NCBI GenBank assembly: GCA_051819665.1
Contig: JBNJDG010000001.1
Span: 4,369-68,368 of the forward strand
DNA from: Nanobdellota archaeon
GTDB taxonomy: Archaea > Nanobdellota > Nanobdellia > Woesearchaeales > CAZZGN01
Direction of reading: 5' to 3'
DNA: 64,000 nucleotides
Made by a program: the position numbers and the translations under genes. Shown piece after piece: positions 1 to 9,921 of the stretch (its first letter is position 1; every line of letters begins with the position of its first letter). The notes beneath the pieces were generated by a model, which was not told the DNA's origin, made no database searches, and worked only from the letters and a program-made list of their open reading frames with translations.

Positions 1-398
1 CGGATCTATTAGCCATAACAGGATGAAGGGGAAGAAAGGAAATATAAAAACGTTACTGAGCAGATATTGCCAGAATCTGGGCCCTTCAGCCATTACCCTG
101 AGACTCATCAGTCTCTGTCCCGGCGTCTGTGAGAACTTCCATTCAAGGATCGTGAAATAAAGTACGATGAGAAGTGAAGCGATAAACATCATTGTAGAGA
201 GCTGATTCACCAGTCCGGGGCTTGACCGGAGGGTTTCTGTCAGTTCAGATATGCTGCCTTCACCTACTGTGTTCCTGATTATGGGCTGGAAAGCACTGAG
301 GACGACAAAATCGACGATTATAAAATCTATGATGAAAGCTATGGCTCTCCTCAATAAGAAAAATGCTCCTAGAATCTTTTCGTTGGGATTATTGGATC
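1..398 (-). CDS. RDD-family membrane protein, partial (C-terminus cut by window edge); start codon uncertain (possible TTG near 398, or internal ATG)
   Basis: Minus-strand frame open from the window edge to about 398. It translates to ...RRAIAFIIDFIIV...SQTPGQRLMSLRVMAEGPRF..., which resembles the RDD-domain signature (R..A..iD and GxxxGkRllglRvv) with hydrophobic segments. The stretch lies below the ORF-track length filter. Confidence 0.4.
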
Positions 399-646
399 TC
401 AACCTTTTTCCCTACCGCCTGGCCGGGCATGCCTTTCTCGAAAACAACTCTCACTGCCCCGCTGTTGCCGTGGGAAGCTCTTACTTCTCCATTTAGCTCT
501 TTCCCTGCTTCAGTCTTGTAGACTGTCTTCTTTCCCAGGAGTTTCTCTGCTTTCTCTTTGGTGTCAACATCTTTCACAGTAACTACCATGTGGCTGTCCT
601 TCTGATGATGTCTTCCCATCCTGAAATTGGTGATTGTTCCTTCCAT
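389..646 (-). CDS. rpl35ae: 50S ribosomal protein L35Ae
   Basis: 85-aa product; motifs KKTVYKTEAGK...HGNSGAVRVVFEKGMPGQAVGKKVEI are typical of archaeal/eukaryotic L35Ae. Confidence 0.8.
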   Translation of the reverse strand: MEGTITNFRMGRHHQKDSHMVVTVKDVDTKEKAEKLLGKKTVYKTEAGKELNGEVRASHGNSGAVRVVFEKGMPGQAVGKKVEIQ

Positions 647-740
647 AGAGAGCTTGGGATTCTCATATCATTTAAAAATGTTTCTGTTGCTCTCCAGATT
701 ATGGAAATATTTATAAAATCTTTACCTCCTATATTATAAT

Positions 741-920
741 ATGGCAGTCAGGGAAGTGACCGGTGATAATTATCAATATGAGTTTACCTGCAAGAGATGC
801 GGTTCGCATTCTTTCAAGGTAGTCAGTGCCAGCCAGCATAAGTTCGGCGGTGCCGGTGTAGAACCTACCAAGGTAAGGGTATGCACCCAATGCGGATATG
901 GTGAGGATGAGAGTGATTAG
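741..920 (+). CDS. small C4 zinc-ribbon protein (59 aa), function unknown
   Basis: ATG at 741, stop 918-920. The product is MAVREVTGDNYQYEFTCKRCGSHSFKVVSASQHKFGGAGVEPTKVRVCTQCGYGEDESD, with CxxC...CxxC spacing. A TATA-like aaatatttataaaatc lies about 30 nt upstream. It falls below the 60-aa ORF-track cutoff. Confidence 0.4.
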   Translation: MAVREVTGDNYQYEFTCKRCGSHSFKVVSASQHKFGGAGVEPTKVRVCTQCGYGEDESD

Positions 921-927
921 CCTGGTC

Positions 928-1290
928 TCAAAATAATCTTTCCTGTTTCTCTTTCATCTGAGGGGATTCTCTCTTTATCCATCTCATTATTATGTCTTTC
1001 AGATAGTTCATGTCTTTCTCATCAAGCTTCTTTCCTTTAGGGATCTTATGCCATTTTTCGATGCATTTCCTGCAGCATGTAGCGGTAGCATGCTGGGCTG
1101 TGAAGACAGGATGGCCTTTCCATGGTGTTTGCTTCCCGTCATTCGCGGGTCTTTCTCTTATGTTCTTATCAAGGAATTCATAAGCGTGCTTCTCTATGAT
1201 CCCAAGGCCCTTCTTTTTTATATAGCTGGTGTCTTCCAGCCGGAATGAGCCCCTGAATCCTGACTTACCGAGTCTTTCCAGTATGTCCAT
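928..1290 (-). CDS. DUF4186-family protein
   Basis: 120 aa with the TATCCRKCIEKWH cysteine motif and the overall pattern that I recall for DUF4186. Confidence 0.45.
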   Translation of the reverse strand: MDILERLGKSGFRGSFRLEDTSYIKKKGLGIIEKHAYEFLDKNIRERPANDGKQTPWKGHPVFTAQHATATCCRKCIEKWHKIPKGKKLDEKDMNYLKDIIMRWIKRESPQMKEKQERLF

Positions 1291-1461
1291 GAATACGGGG
1301 GAGAGCCAGAGGAATATTAATCTATTGTCCGGGAAAGCGATAATCCAAAATATTTATAAATGCCTGTCCTTTCCCTAAGCCAGACCTATGATTGATGATG
1401 ACATCAGAATGGTGTCTGAATGAGGTGCTAATTTTCTGCACGCTCATTGGAGGTAATTAGA

Positions 1462-1803
1462 ATGGCTGAAGAAGTATCAAAAGAAACGATGGAAGCGGCC
1501 CTTGAGGCTGTAGAACTTGCAAAATCATCAGGAAAGCTGAAGAAAGGGACCAACGAAGTCACAAAATCGATTGAGAAGCAGAGGGCAAAGCTTGTCCTTG
1601 TGGCTAATGACGTTAACCCACCAGAAGTTGTAATGCATCTGCCACTCCTTGCTAAGGAGAAAGGTATACCCTGTGTAACAGCAGCATCCAAAGAGGAGCT
1701 CGGCGTTGCAGCAGGTCTTGGAGTAGGAGCAGGAAGCATAGCGATTGTTGAAGAAGGAGACGCAAAAGACAAGGTTAAACAGGTTGCGGAAAACCTTAAG
1801 TGA
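1462..1803 (+). CDS. rpl7ae: 50S ribosomal protein L7Ae (also a box C/D and H/ACA sRNP / RNase P protein)
   Basis: MAEEVSKE...GKLKKGTNEVTKSIEKQRAKLVLVANDVNP...IPCVTAASKEELGVAAG matches archaeal L7Ae. A GGAGGT Shine-Dalgarno lies 7 nt before the ATG at 1462, and an AAATATTTATAAATG TATA box lies upstream. The ORF-track start at 1447 is an upstream TTG. Confidence 0.9.
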   Translation: MAEEVSKETMEAALEAVELAKSSGKLKKGTNEVTKSIEKQRAKLVLVANDVNPPEVVMHLPLLAKEKGIPCVTAASKEELGVAAGLGVGAGSIAIVEEGDAKDKVKQVAENLK

Positions 1804-1808
1804 TCAGA

Positions 1809-2066
1809 ATGGCAAAGGACAATAACAATTCAAAATCAGTCTCTTTTTCGGATGCAGTCCCTGCAAGCGTTGAAGAGGTATTGGAGAAGGCCGGGACCCA
1901 GGGGTCAGTGACCCTTGTAAGGTGCAAGGTCCTTGAAGGCAGGGATAAGAATAAGATCCTCAGGAGGAACGTCAGAGGCCCTGTCCAGATAGGTGACACC
2001 CTTATGCTCAGAGAGACTGAGATCGAAGCCAAGCAGATGAAGCGTGGCGGAAGAGGTAAGGCTTAA
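1809..2066 (+). CDS. rps28e: 30S ribosomal protein S28e
   Basis: ...VTLVRCKVLEGRDKNKILRRNVRGPVQIGDTLMLRETEIEAK is the S28e signature; ATG at 1809 begins right after the L7Ae stop. Confidence 0.85.
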   Translation: MAKDNNNSKSVSFSDAVPASVEEVLEKAGTQGSVTLVRCKVLEGRDKNKILRRNVRGPVQIGDTLMLRETEIEAKQMKRGGRGKA

Positions 2067-2067
2067 A

Positions 2068-2253
2068 ATGAAATGCAGCTTCTGTAGTAAGGAAATATCA
2101 CCGGGTAAAGGCAAGATGTTCGTTAAGAAGGACGGTAAGGTCCTTTATTTTGACAGCAGGAAATGTGAGAAGAACATGCTTGAGCTGAAGAGAAAGGCAA
2201 GAACCACTAAATGGACCGAAGAGCACAAGAGGATAAAGGAGGAGGCAAAATGA
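2068..2253 (+). CDS. rpl24e: 50S ribosomal protein L24e
   Basis: MKCSFCSKEISPGKGKMFVKKDGKVLYFDSRKCEKNMLELKRKARTTKWT is the classic L24e zinc-ribbon sequence; ATG at 2068. Confidence 0.85.
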   Translation: MKCSFCSKEISPGKGKMFVKKDGKVLYFDSRKCEKNMLELKRKARTTKWTEEHKRIKEEAK

Positions 2254-2720
2254 AGATAGAGAGGACCCTTATAATAATAAAGCCCGATGCTCTTAACAGA
2301 TCCCTTGTTGGGAAGGTCATAAGCAGGATCGAACAGAAAGGTCTGAAGATAATGGGGCTTAAGATGGCCCGTCTTGACGAGAAGACTCTGGATGAGCACT
2401 ATTCGCATCTTTCTGATAAGCCTTTCTTCAAAAGGCTCAAGGAATTCATGATGCACTCCCCTTCTATACTGTTAGCAGTGGAGGGGCTTGATGCAGTAAG
2501 AGTGGTAAGGCAGCTTGCGGGAGAGACCCATGGTGCCAAGGCTATGCCGGGTACTGTAAGAGGGGACTTTTCTATGAGCACCCAGTCTAATGTAATCCAT
2601 GCATCAGAATCAAAAGAAGTAGCAGAGGATGAGATTAAGAGATTTTTCAACGAAGATGAACTTTTTGTGTATGAGAGGGTCGATTTCGAGCTCTTATATG
2701 CGGATGACGAGAGAAGGTGA
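2250..2720 (+). CDS. ndk: nucleoside diphosphate kinase
   Basis: MKIERTLIIIKPDALNRSLVGKVISRIEQKGLKI...NVIHASES are NDK motifs. The start overlaps the L24e stop (atga). The rpl7ae-rps28e-rpl24e-ndk order is a conserved archaeal cluster. Confidence 0.9.
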   Translation: MKIERTLIIIKPDALNRSLVGKVISRIEQKGLKIMGLKMARLDEKTLDEHYSHLSDKPFFKRLKEFMMHSPSILLAVEGLDAVRVVRQLAGETHGAKAMPGTVRGDFSMSTQSNVIHASESKEVAEDEIKRFFNEDELFVYERVDFELLYADDERR

Positions 2721-2726
2721 TTATAA

Positions 2727-4904
2727 ATGGCAAAGATGGTAGAAAGGGTAACTACAACGATGAAGAACCCTAAGAACATAAGGAATATAGCTATCTGTGC
2801 ACATATCGATCACGGTAAGACCACTTTCTCGGATAATCTGCTTGCAGGCGCCGGCATGATGTCTTCAGACCTTGCAGGGGATGCCAGGCAGCTTGATTTT
2901 CACGATGATGAGCAGGAGAGAGGGATTACTATTGATTCAGCAGCTGTATCGATGGTGCATAAGTACAAGGATGAAGATTATCTGATCAACCTGATTGATA
3001 CACCGGGGCATGTTGATTTCGGTGGTGACGTCACGAGAGCTATGAGGGCTGTTGACGGAACCATTGTGGTTGCCTGTGCGGTAGAGGGTGTTATGCCCCA
3101 GACAGAGACTGTTCTCAAGCAGGCTCTGAGGGAGAGGGTAAAACCCATCCTTTTCATCAACAAGGTTGACAGGCTCATTAAAGAACTTCAGCTCTCACCT
3201 GAACAGATGCAGGCAAAGTTCGTGAAGATCATCAACCAGGTGAACAAGATGATCGATGACCTTTCGCCTAAGGAGCTGAAAGGTAAATGGAACGTGAAGG
3301 TGGAGGATGGAACTGTATGTTTCGGTTCTGCTTTCCATAACTGGGGTATGTCCATGCCCTATATGAAAGAGAATGAAGTGAATTTCAAGGATATCTACGA
3401 TGCTTATGAGCCGGGAGGAGACTATAATGAGCTCGCTAAGAAAGCGCCTGTTCATGAGGTCGTCCTTAACGCGGTAATCGCTCATCTGCCGAATCCGGTG
3501 GATGCACAGCAGTACAGGATCCCCAAGATCTGGCACGGTGATTCCGAGAGTGAATTCGGGAAATCCCTTGCCAAGGCAGATCCTAACGGGCCTGTAGCTT
3601 TCGTGATGACCAAGATCGTCGTTGATCCGCAGGCAGGTGAAGTAGCTGCAGGCAGATTGTTCTCCGGAACCATCAAGAAGGGCCAGAGGGTCCATCTGAA
3701 TGTCGGTAAACAGGATTCGAGGATCCAGCAGGTATTCGTATATAACGGAGAGAAGAGAGAGATAGTGGATAACGTACCTGCCGGGAACATAATCGGGATT
3801 GTGGGTCCGAAAGCTTATCCCGGAGAGACGATAACAGAGGAGAAACAGGAACCTTTCGAGGCTATAACCCATATCTTCGACCCTGTCGTAACAAAGGCGA
3901 TCGAGGCCAAGAATCCGGCAGATCTCCCGAAGCTCGTTGAAGTGCTTCAGCAGGTAAGCAAGGAAGATCCGTCTATAAAGGTAGAGATCAATGAAGAGAC
4001 GGGCGAGCATCTCCTTAGCGGTATGGGAGAGCTTCATCTGGAAGTCCTTGAGAATAGGATCCTCCAGGAGAAGAATGTGCAGGTACAGAGTTCGCCTCCT
4101 ATCGTGGTCTACAGGGAGGCCATAGAATCCAGCACGCCTTCGCCTTTCGAGGGGAAATCGCCGAATAAGCATAACAAGCTTTATTTCGTTGTCGAGCCTC
4201 TCCCAAAAGAGATAATGGATGCTATAAAATCCGGAGAACTTTATGAGGGAAGGGTCAAGAAGAAAGACCTTGAACTCAGGGACAAGCTTGTCTCTCTTGG
4301 GATGGATACAAAAGAGGCAGACAAGGTCAAGGATATTCATAATGGTAACATCTTCGTCGAGAAGACAAGAGGAGAGGTCCATATTGGAGAGATCATCGAG
4401 ATGGTCCTCGATATGTTCGAGGATGTCATGAATTCAGCACCTCTTGCAGGTGAACCGGGACTTGGCATGAAAGTGAGCCTTGTCGACACGAAGCTTCACG
4501 AGGATGCTATCCACAGAGGTCCTGCTCAGCTATATCCGGCTGTGAGAGAAGGTATAAGGGGAGCTATAAAACAGGCGAAGCCAAAGCTCCTTGAGCCTGT
4601 GCAGACCTTGAGATTCGAGGCGCCTGAAGAGCATATGGGTGAGATATCCAAGCTCATCTCCAACAAGAGAGGACAGCTCCTTGATATGCAGCAGGAAGGC
4701 AAACTTACAGTAGTGAGAGGAAAACTCCCTGTGGCAGAGATGTTCGGCCTTACAAGTGAATTGAGGTCAGCCACCGGCGGAAGAGGTTCAAGTTCATTGG
4801 TGGACCAGATCTTTGAGAAGCTTCCGGAAGAGCTGCAGGAAAAAGTGATTTCCAGGATAAGGAACAGGAAAGGCATGAAACAGGAGGATGAGGAATCTGA
4901 GTGA
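2727..4904 (+). CDS. fusA: translation elongation factor 2 (aEF-2)
   Basis: 725 aa. It carries the G-domain motifs AHIDHGKTT, DTPGHVDF and NKVDR, and the diphthamide-region motif HEDAIHRGPAQ. Confidence 0.95.
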   Translation: MAKMVERVTTTMKNPKNIRNIAICAHIDHGKTTFSDNLLAGAGMMSSDLAGDARQLDFHDDEQERGITIDSAAVSMVHKYKDEDYLINLIDTPGHVDFGGDVTRAMRAVDGTIVVACAVEGVMPQTETVLKQALRERVKPILFINKVDRLIKELQLSPEQMQAKFVKIINQVNKMIDDLSPKELKGKWNVKVEDGTVCFGSAFHNWGMSMPYMKENEVNFKDIYDAYEPGGDYNELAKKAPVHEVVLNAVIAHLPNPVDAQQYRIPKIWHGDSESEFGKSLAKADPNGPVAFVMTKIVVDPQAGEVAAGRLFSGTIKKGQRVHLNVGKQDSRIQQVFVYNGEKREIVDNVPAGNIIGIVGPKAYPGETITEEKQEPFEAITHIFDPVVTKAIEAKNPADLPKLVEVLQQVSKEDPSIKVEINEETGEHLLSGMGELHLEVLENRILQEKNVQVQSSPPIVVYREAIESSTPSPFEGKSPNKHNKLYFVVEPLPKEIMDAIKSGELYEGRVKKKDLELRDKLVSLGMDTKEADKVKDIHNGNIFVEKTRGEVHIGEIIEMVLDMFEDVMNSAPLAGEPGLGMKVSLVDTKLHEDAIHRGPAQLYPAVREGIRGAIKQAKPKLLEPVQTLRFEAPEEHMGEISKLISNKRGQLLDMQQEGKLTVVRGKLPVAEMFGLTSELRSATGGRGSSSLVDQIFEKLPEELQEKVISRIRNRKGMKQEDEESE

Positions 4905-5002
4905 GTCTTTCCGGGTTCCGCGGTTGTGATTTCAAATCATAACCTTTAAATATAAAAACAAAATCCCAGAGGTAACCTATTGGGATATAAGGAGGGGTCA
5001 TA

Positions 5003-6295
5003 ATGGCTAAGGAAAAAGAACACATGAATTTGGTTTTCATTGGACATGTCGATCATGGTAAATCCACAACAGTTGGAAGGATTATGTTCGACACTGGGTC
5101 AATAGACGAACAGACAATGAGGAGACTGAAGGATAAGGCAGCAGAACTTGGCAAGAGCGGATTCGAGTTCGCTTTCGCAATGGACGGCCTTAAGGAAGAG
5201 AGAGAAAGAGGAGTCACGATCGACCTTGCACACAAGAGGTTCGAGACTGACAAATACAATTTCACAATAATCGATGCACCTGGTCACAAGGATTTCGTGA
5301 AGAACATGATCACAGGTACATCCCAGGCTGATGCAGCAGTTCTTGTTGTTGCGGCTAATGACGGAGTTAACGCACAGACTCTGGAGCACCTGAGACTTTC
5401 CAAGGTCTTCGGTGTGAATCAGATGATCGTCGCGGTTAACAAGATGGACATCTCAGGGGTAGAATTCTCTGAAGACAGGTACAACAAAGTTGTAGAGGAT
5501 GTCAAGAAACACGCTGCGCCTGCAGGATGGAATGTTGAGAAGCAGGTCAGGTTTGTGCCTGTAGCTGCTCTGACAGGAGATAATGTAGTTAAAAAGTCAG
5601 ACAACATGTCCTGGTGGAGCGGAGGCACTCTGCTTGAGGAGCTTAACAAGTTCGAGCCTGTCCAGAGACCTACTGACCTTCCACTGAGGCTGCCGATCCA
5701 GGATGTTTATAACATCACAGGAATCGGTGTAGTACCTGTTGGTAAGGTTGAGACAGGTGTGATCAAGGTGAATGATAAGATCACAGTAGTTCCGGGCAGG
5801 GACGGAAAAGGCGCTTCCGGTCAGGTAAAGACCATCGAGATGCATCATTCCCAGCACAACCAGGCAGGTCCTGGAGACAATATCGGTTTCAACGTAAGAG
5901 GGATCGGTAAGAAGGACATTGCCAGAGGAGATGTACTCGGACATTCAGACAATGTGCCGACCGTGGCTACAGAGTTTACAGCTCAGCTGGTTGTACTCAA
6001 CCATCCGAGTGTTGTGACTGTAGGTTATACACCTGTATTCCATGTCCATACAGCACAGGTGGCATGCCAGATCACGGAGATCCAGAAGAAGCTTAACCCG
6101 GCTAACGGCCAGGTTCTCGAAGAGAATCCTGACTTCGTCAAGAACGGCGATGCAGCTATAGTTAAGGTTAAGCCGACGACTCCACTGGTGATCGAGACAC
6201 AGAAAGAGATCCCGCAGATGTCAAGGTTTGCAGTAAGGGACTCAGGTGCTACAGTCGGTGCAGGTATGTGTATCGACCTACAGAAGAAGGAGTAA
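5003..6295 (+). CDS. tuf: translation elongation factor 1-alpha (aEF-1alpha)
   Basis: 430 aa; [21 protein letters not shown] motifs; AAGGAGGGG Shine-Dalgarno upstream. Confidence 0.95.
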   Translation: MAKEKEHMNLVFIGHVDHGKSTTVGRIMFDTGSIDEQTMRRLKDKAAELGKSGFEFAFAMDGLKEERERGVTIDLAHKRFETDKYNFTIIDAPGHKDFVKNMITGTSQADAAVLVVAANDGVNAQTLEHLRLSKVFGVNQMIVAVNKMDISGVEFSEDRYNKVVEDVKKHAAPAGWNVEKQVRFVPVAALTGDNVVKKSDNMSWWSGGTLLEELNKFEPVQRPTDLPLRLPIQDVYNITGIGVVPVGKVETGVIKVNDKITVVPGRDGKGASGQVKTIEMHHSQHNQAGPGDNIGFNVRGIGKKDIARGDVLGHSDNVPTVATEFTAQLVVLNHPSVVTVGYTPVFHVHTAQVACQITEIQKKLNPANGQVLEENPDFVKNGDAAIVKVKPTTPLVIETQKEIPQMSRFAVRDSGATVGAGMCIDLQKKE

Positions 6296-6330
6296 TTCCT
6301 TCTTTTTTTTAATTTGTAAGGGTAGAGAAA

Positions 6331-6642
6331 ATGCAGAAAGCAAGAATAAAACTAGCAAGCACGGATATTGGTAAAGTAAACAAGGTCACTCAGGAGATTA
6401 GAGATATAGCTGATAAGACAGGAGTGGAGATGAGGGGACCTGTTCCTCTGCCCACAAAGAAGTTAAGGATTACCACAAGGAAATCCCCTGACGGGGAGGG
6501 TAAAGCTTCATGGGAAAGGTACGAGATGAGGGTTCACAAAAGGCTTATCGACCTGGGTGTTGATGAGAGGGCCCTTAGGCTGGTAATGAGAGTACCTATA
6601 CCTGAAGGCCTTAACATCGAGATCGAGATGGTTGAGGCTTAA
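6331..6642 (+). CDS. rps10: 30S ribosomal protein S10
   Basis: 103 aa; [10 protein letters not shown]...[23 protein letters not shown]...RVHKRLIDL is typical S10. It follows aEF2-EF1a as in the archaeal str-like cluster. Confidence 0.9.
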   Translation: MQKARIKLASTDIGKVNKVTQEIRDIADKTGVEMRGPVPLPTKKLRITTRKSPDGEGKASWERYEMRVHKRLIDLGVDERALRLVMRVPIPEGLNIEIEMVEA

Positions 6643-7208
6643 AAGGGCGTTCCCTTTTTCCTTTGTTCTTTAAGCGCTTCTACATACCAATCGAATTCAT
6701 CAAGGAATTTTTCTATTCTCTTCTCATAAGCGGTTTCTATAGCATTACCTTTCTCATCAAAACTGTCCTGTACTTCAGACATGGGGAATATGCTTGAAAT
6801 AGTAGGACAGCCGAGTTCCGCCAGGAGGGCTCTCAGATGTACAGCTGCTCTGACCCCTCCGAAAGACCCTGCCGAATAAGAGGCTATCGCACTCGGTTTG
6901 AACATATACTCCTTCTGGAAATGATCGAGCAGGTTCTTTAATGCAGGAGGAATGCTGTGGTTGTATTCTCCGCTCACTATCATGAAACCATCAGACTCAT
7001 CCAGGATTTTCCCTATCTTTTCTATATCCTCTGGTGCTTTCTCAAATTCCTTGTACATCCTGTCAAGGAAAGGTATATCGTATTCTTTCGGATCGATCAG
7101 AGTGGCTTCATGACCTCTTTCTTTTACTTCATTCCTGATGAACCTTGCGGCCTTTATGCCTTGTCTTTCCTCTCTTACAGAACCATAGATAATAGATATT
7201 TTTGCCAT
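6639..7208 (-). CDS. NADPH-dependent FMN reductase family flavoprotein (flavodoxin-like fold)
   Basis: [17 protein letters not shown]... has the Rossmann-like start and ...[17 protein letters not shown] motif that I recall for the FMN_red (SsuE/ArsH-like) family. The internal ATG at 7208 is preferred over the ORF-track start at 7310. Confidence 0.55.
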   Translation of the reverse strand: MAKISIIYGSVREERQGIKAARFIRNEVKERGHEATLIDPKEYDIPFLDRMYKEFEKAPEDIEKIGKILDESDGFMIVSGEYNHSIPPALKNLLDHFQKEYMFKPSAIASYSAGSFGGVRAAVHLRALLAELGCPTISSIFPMSEVQDSFDEKGNAIETAYEKRIEKFLDEFDWYVEALKEQRKKGTPF

Positions 7209-7297
7209 TATACGAATCACTCCAAGGGGGTTGAAGTATTGGAGATATTTAAAGTTTATAGAAGATACTCTTTTATTAAGAAAAAGAAAGGGATAGC

Positions 7298-9871
7298 TCA
7301 GTCTCCGCATCCCTTCACTAATTTTCCGTTCTCGAACTTCACTTTACAGGCGCCTCCTCCGCCGCCTGAATCATCCTTTTCCACTTCCCCTTTATCATCT
7401 CTGGACTCTTCAACATCATAACCTTTTTTCATGGCGTGGAAAGGCGTAGTGAGGGTATTGTCTACCATGAATACATCGTCTCCTTTCATGATCCTCTCTT
7501 CACCACCCTCCTTGACCCTGAATAATTTGTCCTTATTCTCCTGGAACTCTGACATCTCTTTTGCGACGCTCAGGATCGGATACCTGCTGCCGTCCCTGTA
7601 TATGGTGACTCCTTTGAGGCCGTTCTTCCAGGATCTGAGGTATACATCCGATATGGTCTCTGGTTCTATGCTTTCGGGAAGGTTTATGGTGGAGGATATG
7701 CTGTGGTCGATGTAACCCTGGCAGGTCCCCTGCATCCTTACCCTGTTCTCGGGTTTGATGAAATGGGATGTCCTGAAGAAATGTTCGGGAAGCATATCTT
7801 TCAGATCATCGGTGTTCTTGGCATCCTTCGCCTTCTCATTTAGGCCTTTCTCGTCCAGATAAGCCTGGACAGTGGAATGGAATACCTTGAATTTCTTATT
7901 GCCGAAGCTTTCTGATCTTCTCTCGTAGAAAAGGGAGAATATGGGTTCTATTCCTCCAGAGACTCCGATGTAATTCTTTTTCTCTCCCTTATACCCGAGG
8001 ACGATATTGGATATCGAGCCAGTCGGTGCGATGGATGTAAGAGCTACATTCCTCAGCCCGTTCTCCTTTATCTTCTCCTTTACTTCTTCAGATAGCACTT
8101 CTTTGAAGAACTTTCCTCTGCTGTATTTATCGAAATCCCAGATGGGGACGGGACCCTTTTCACCTGCAAGCTCTGCGGAAGCTTCATAACAGGTGTTCGT
8201 GATGGTGTTCGTCACCTTCTCTACCATCTTCAGGCCTTCTTCTTCATCATAACCAATGCCCATCTGATTGAGCATATCTGCTATGCCCATAACACCTATT
8301 CCCAGCCTCCTTGTTTCTTTCGCAGCCTTCCTCTGTTTCTCGAGTGGATTCAGTGCAACGTTCCATGTTATGACATTATCGAGCATCCTTACGACATTCT
8401 TCGTAGTGTCTTTCAGGCTTTCCCAGTCGATCTCTGCTTCATCACTATAGCCTTTCTTCACAAACCTCGAGAGGTTCAAAGAGCCGAGGTTGCATGCGCC
8501 TCCGTCTTCAAGCGGCACTTCTCCGCATGGATTTGTGGAAGAGATCCTTTTCCCTATATAGTTTGAAGGCGAATACTTGCTCATCGTGTCCCAGAATATA
8601 AGACCTGGTTCTGCAGTAGAGTAATTCCCTGAGACAAAAGCTTCCCATATATCTTTCGCGTTGATTATCTTCCTTACATCATGAGTGTTCTTTGATCCAT
8701 AATAGGTCATGAACTCTCCTGTGTAGTGGATCGCATAATCGTATTCTCCTCCTTCTACAAGATAATCTCCGTAGATGTCCCTCTTCTCTGTATCCTTGAG
8801 GTCCTCTTCACTTATGTTCTTGCCCAGATATTCGTTGAGTTCATCGATATTCCTGAACTCTTTTACTATCTCATAATTCTCTACATCCTTCGAGGGGAGC
8901 TTGTATGAATAATCAGTATCCTTGTCCTGGGGTTTGTTGTATATCCTTTCCTTGTCATGTTTCTTATAGAGGAGGATCGAGCCTTCTTCGTGCTCTTTGG
9001 TCTCTTCAACGGCCTTCATGAACTCATCGCTGACTTTCAGGCTGATGTTGGCGAACCTGACCTGTGTGTTCTCCCTGACCTGTTTTTCTATCTCCTGAAG
9101 GCTTTCCTTATCGAACTTTCCTGACCATTCGCATTGCTGGACTACCTGCTTGGTCGCCCAGTTGGAATTCTGTTTCACTTTGATGAATTCCATCACATCA
9201 GGATGTTTAACATCAATGGTGATCATGAGGGCTCCTCTTCTGCCTGATTGGCCAATAAGGCCCGTAGTCAGGGAATAGAGTTCCATGAAAGAGACAGCGC
9301 CTGTTGATTTATCTGCAGCATTGTGGACGACCGAATCTTTCGGCCTTAATTTTGATATATCGAGGCCTATGCCTCCACCGTATGAATATGTCCTTGCACA
9401 GTCATAGGCGGCATTGTATATGGATTCTATGTTATCATCACCGATCACAGTGACGAAACAGTTTGCCAGGGTCTTCAATCTGAATAGATCGCCGGCTCCT
9501 GCGATGACCCTGCCGCCTGGCATGAAATAGCCTTGATAAAGCATATTATAGAAATTCTCTGCGTTCTCTCTCTGTTTGTTCTTCTCCTCTACCGATGCGA
9601 GAGAGGCTGCAATCCTCGTGAACACATCCTCCGGCCTGTCTTCGATGACTTCTCCGTTGAGATCCTTGAGGTAGTATTTCTGTTGGTAGATGTTCTGGGC
9701 AAGCTCATTACCGTTGAGATAATCCTCATGAAGGGACAAACTTCCTTTCTCCTGTTTTTCCTTAAGCTTATAGAACAATTCCTTATATGAGGTCAGGAAT
9801 TCCTGATTTACTTTGTTGTGGTGTTTTGTCTTAAATTCAAACATTTCTTTAAGTTTATTCTCCTTGTCCAT
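7298..9871 (-). CDS. nrdJ: adenosylcobalamin-dependent (class II) ribonucleoside-diphosphate/triphosphate reductase
   Basis: About 857 aa. The active-site region STNPCGEVPLEDGGACNLGSLNLSRFV is conserved. The tail ends in a C-terminal Cys pair (GGGGACKVKFENGKLVKGCGD). The ATG at 9871 (MDKENKLKE) is preferred because the ORF-track extension to 9925 would run into the palindromic operator-like sites. Confidence 0.85.
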   Translation of the reverse strand: MDKENKLKEMFEFKTKHHNKVNQEFLTSYKELFYKLKEKQEKGSLSLHEDYLNGNELAQNIYQQKYYLKDLNGEVIEDRPEDVFTRIAASLASVEEKNKQRENAENFYNMLYQGYFMPGGRVIAGAGDLFRLKTLANCFVTVIGDDNIESIYNAAYDCARTYSYGGGIGLDISKLRPKDSVVHNAADKSTGAVSFMELYSLTTGLIGQSGRRGALMITIDVKHPDVMEFIKVKQNSNWATKQVVQQCEWSGKFDKESLQEIEKQVRENTQVRFANISLKVSDEFMKAVEETKEHEEGSILLYKKHDKERIYNKPQDKDTDYSYKLPSKDVENYEIVKEFRNIDELNEYLGKNISEEDLKDTEKRDIYGDYLVEGGEYDYAIHYTGEFMTYYGSKNTHDVRKIINAKDIWEAFVSGNYSTAEPGLIFWDTMSKYSPSNYIGKRISSTNPCGEVPLEDGGACNLGSLNLSRFVKKGYSDEAEIDWESLKDTTKNVVRMLDNVITWNVALNPLEKQRKAAKETRRLGIGVMGIADMLNQMGIGYDEEEGLKMVEKVTNTITNTCYEASAELAGEKGPVPIWDFDKYSRGKFFKEVLSEEVKEKIKENGLRNVALTSIAPTGSISNIVLGYKGEKKNYIGVSGGIEPIFSLFYERRSESFGNKKFKVFHSTVQAYLDEKGLNEKAKDAKNTDDLKDMLPEHFFRTSHFIKPENRVRMQGTCQGYIDHSISSTINLPESIEPETISDVYLRSWKNGLKGVTIYRDGSRYPILSVAKEMSEFQENKDKLFRVKEGGEERIMKGDDVFMVDNTLTTPFHAMKKGYDVEESRDDKGEVEKDDSGGGGGACKVKFENGKLVKGCGD

Positions 9872-9921
9872 AGCTACACCCACCTTATTGTCATCATTTC
9901 GAGACGAAAAAAACCATAAGA

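Noticed and set aside
251-496. 81-aa plus-strand ORF overlapping rpl35ae and the RDD-like gene
   Set aside because: It is antisense to two better-supported minus-strand genes and has no start context.
3195-4382. 395-aa minus-strand ORF inside the aEF-2 gene (plus smaller ones at 2978..3178 and 3482..3790)
   Set aside because: It is antisense to a very strongly conserved EF-2 coding sequence. The translation is L/R/F-rich with no motifs. It is a shadow ORF.
7209-7310. N-terminal extension of the FMN-reductase ORF (start at 7310, overlapping the nrdJ 3' end)
   Set aside because: The flavodoxin-fold core begins at [10 protein letters not shown] (ATG 7208). The extension has no conserved features and would overlap nrdJ.
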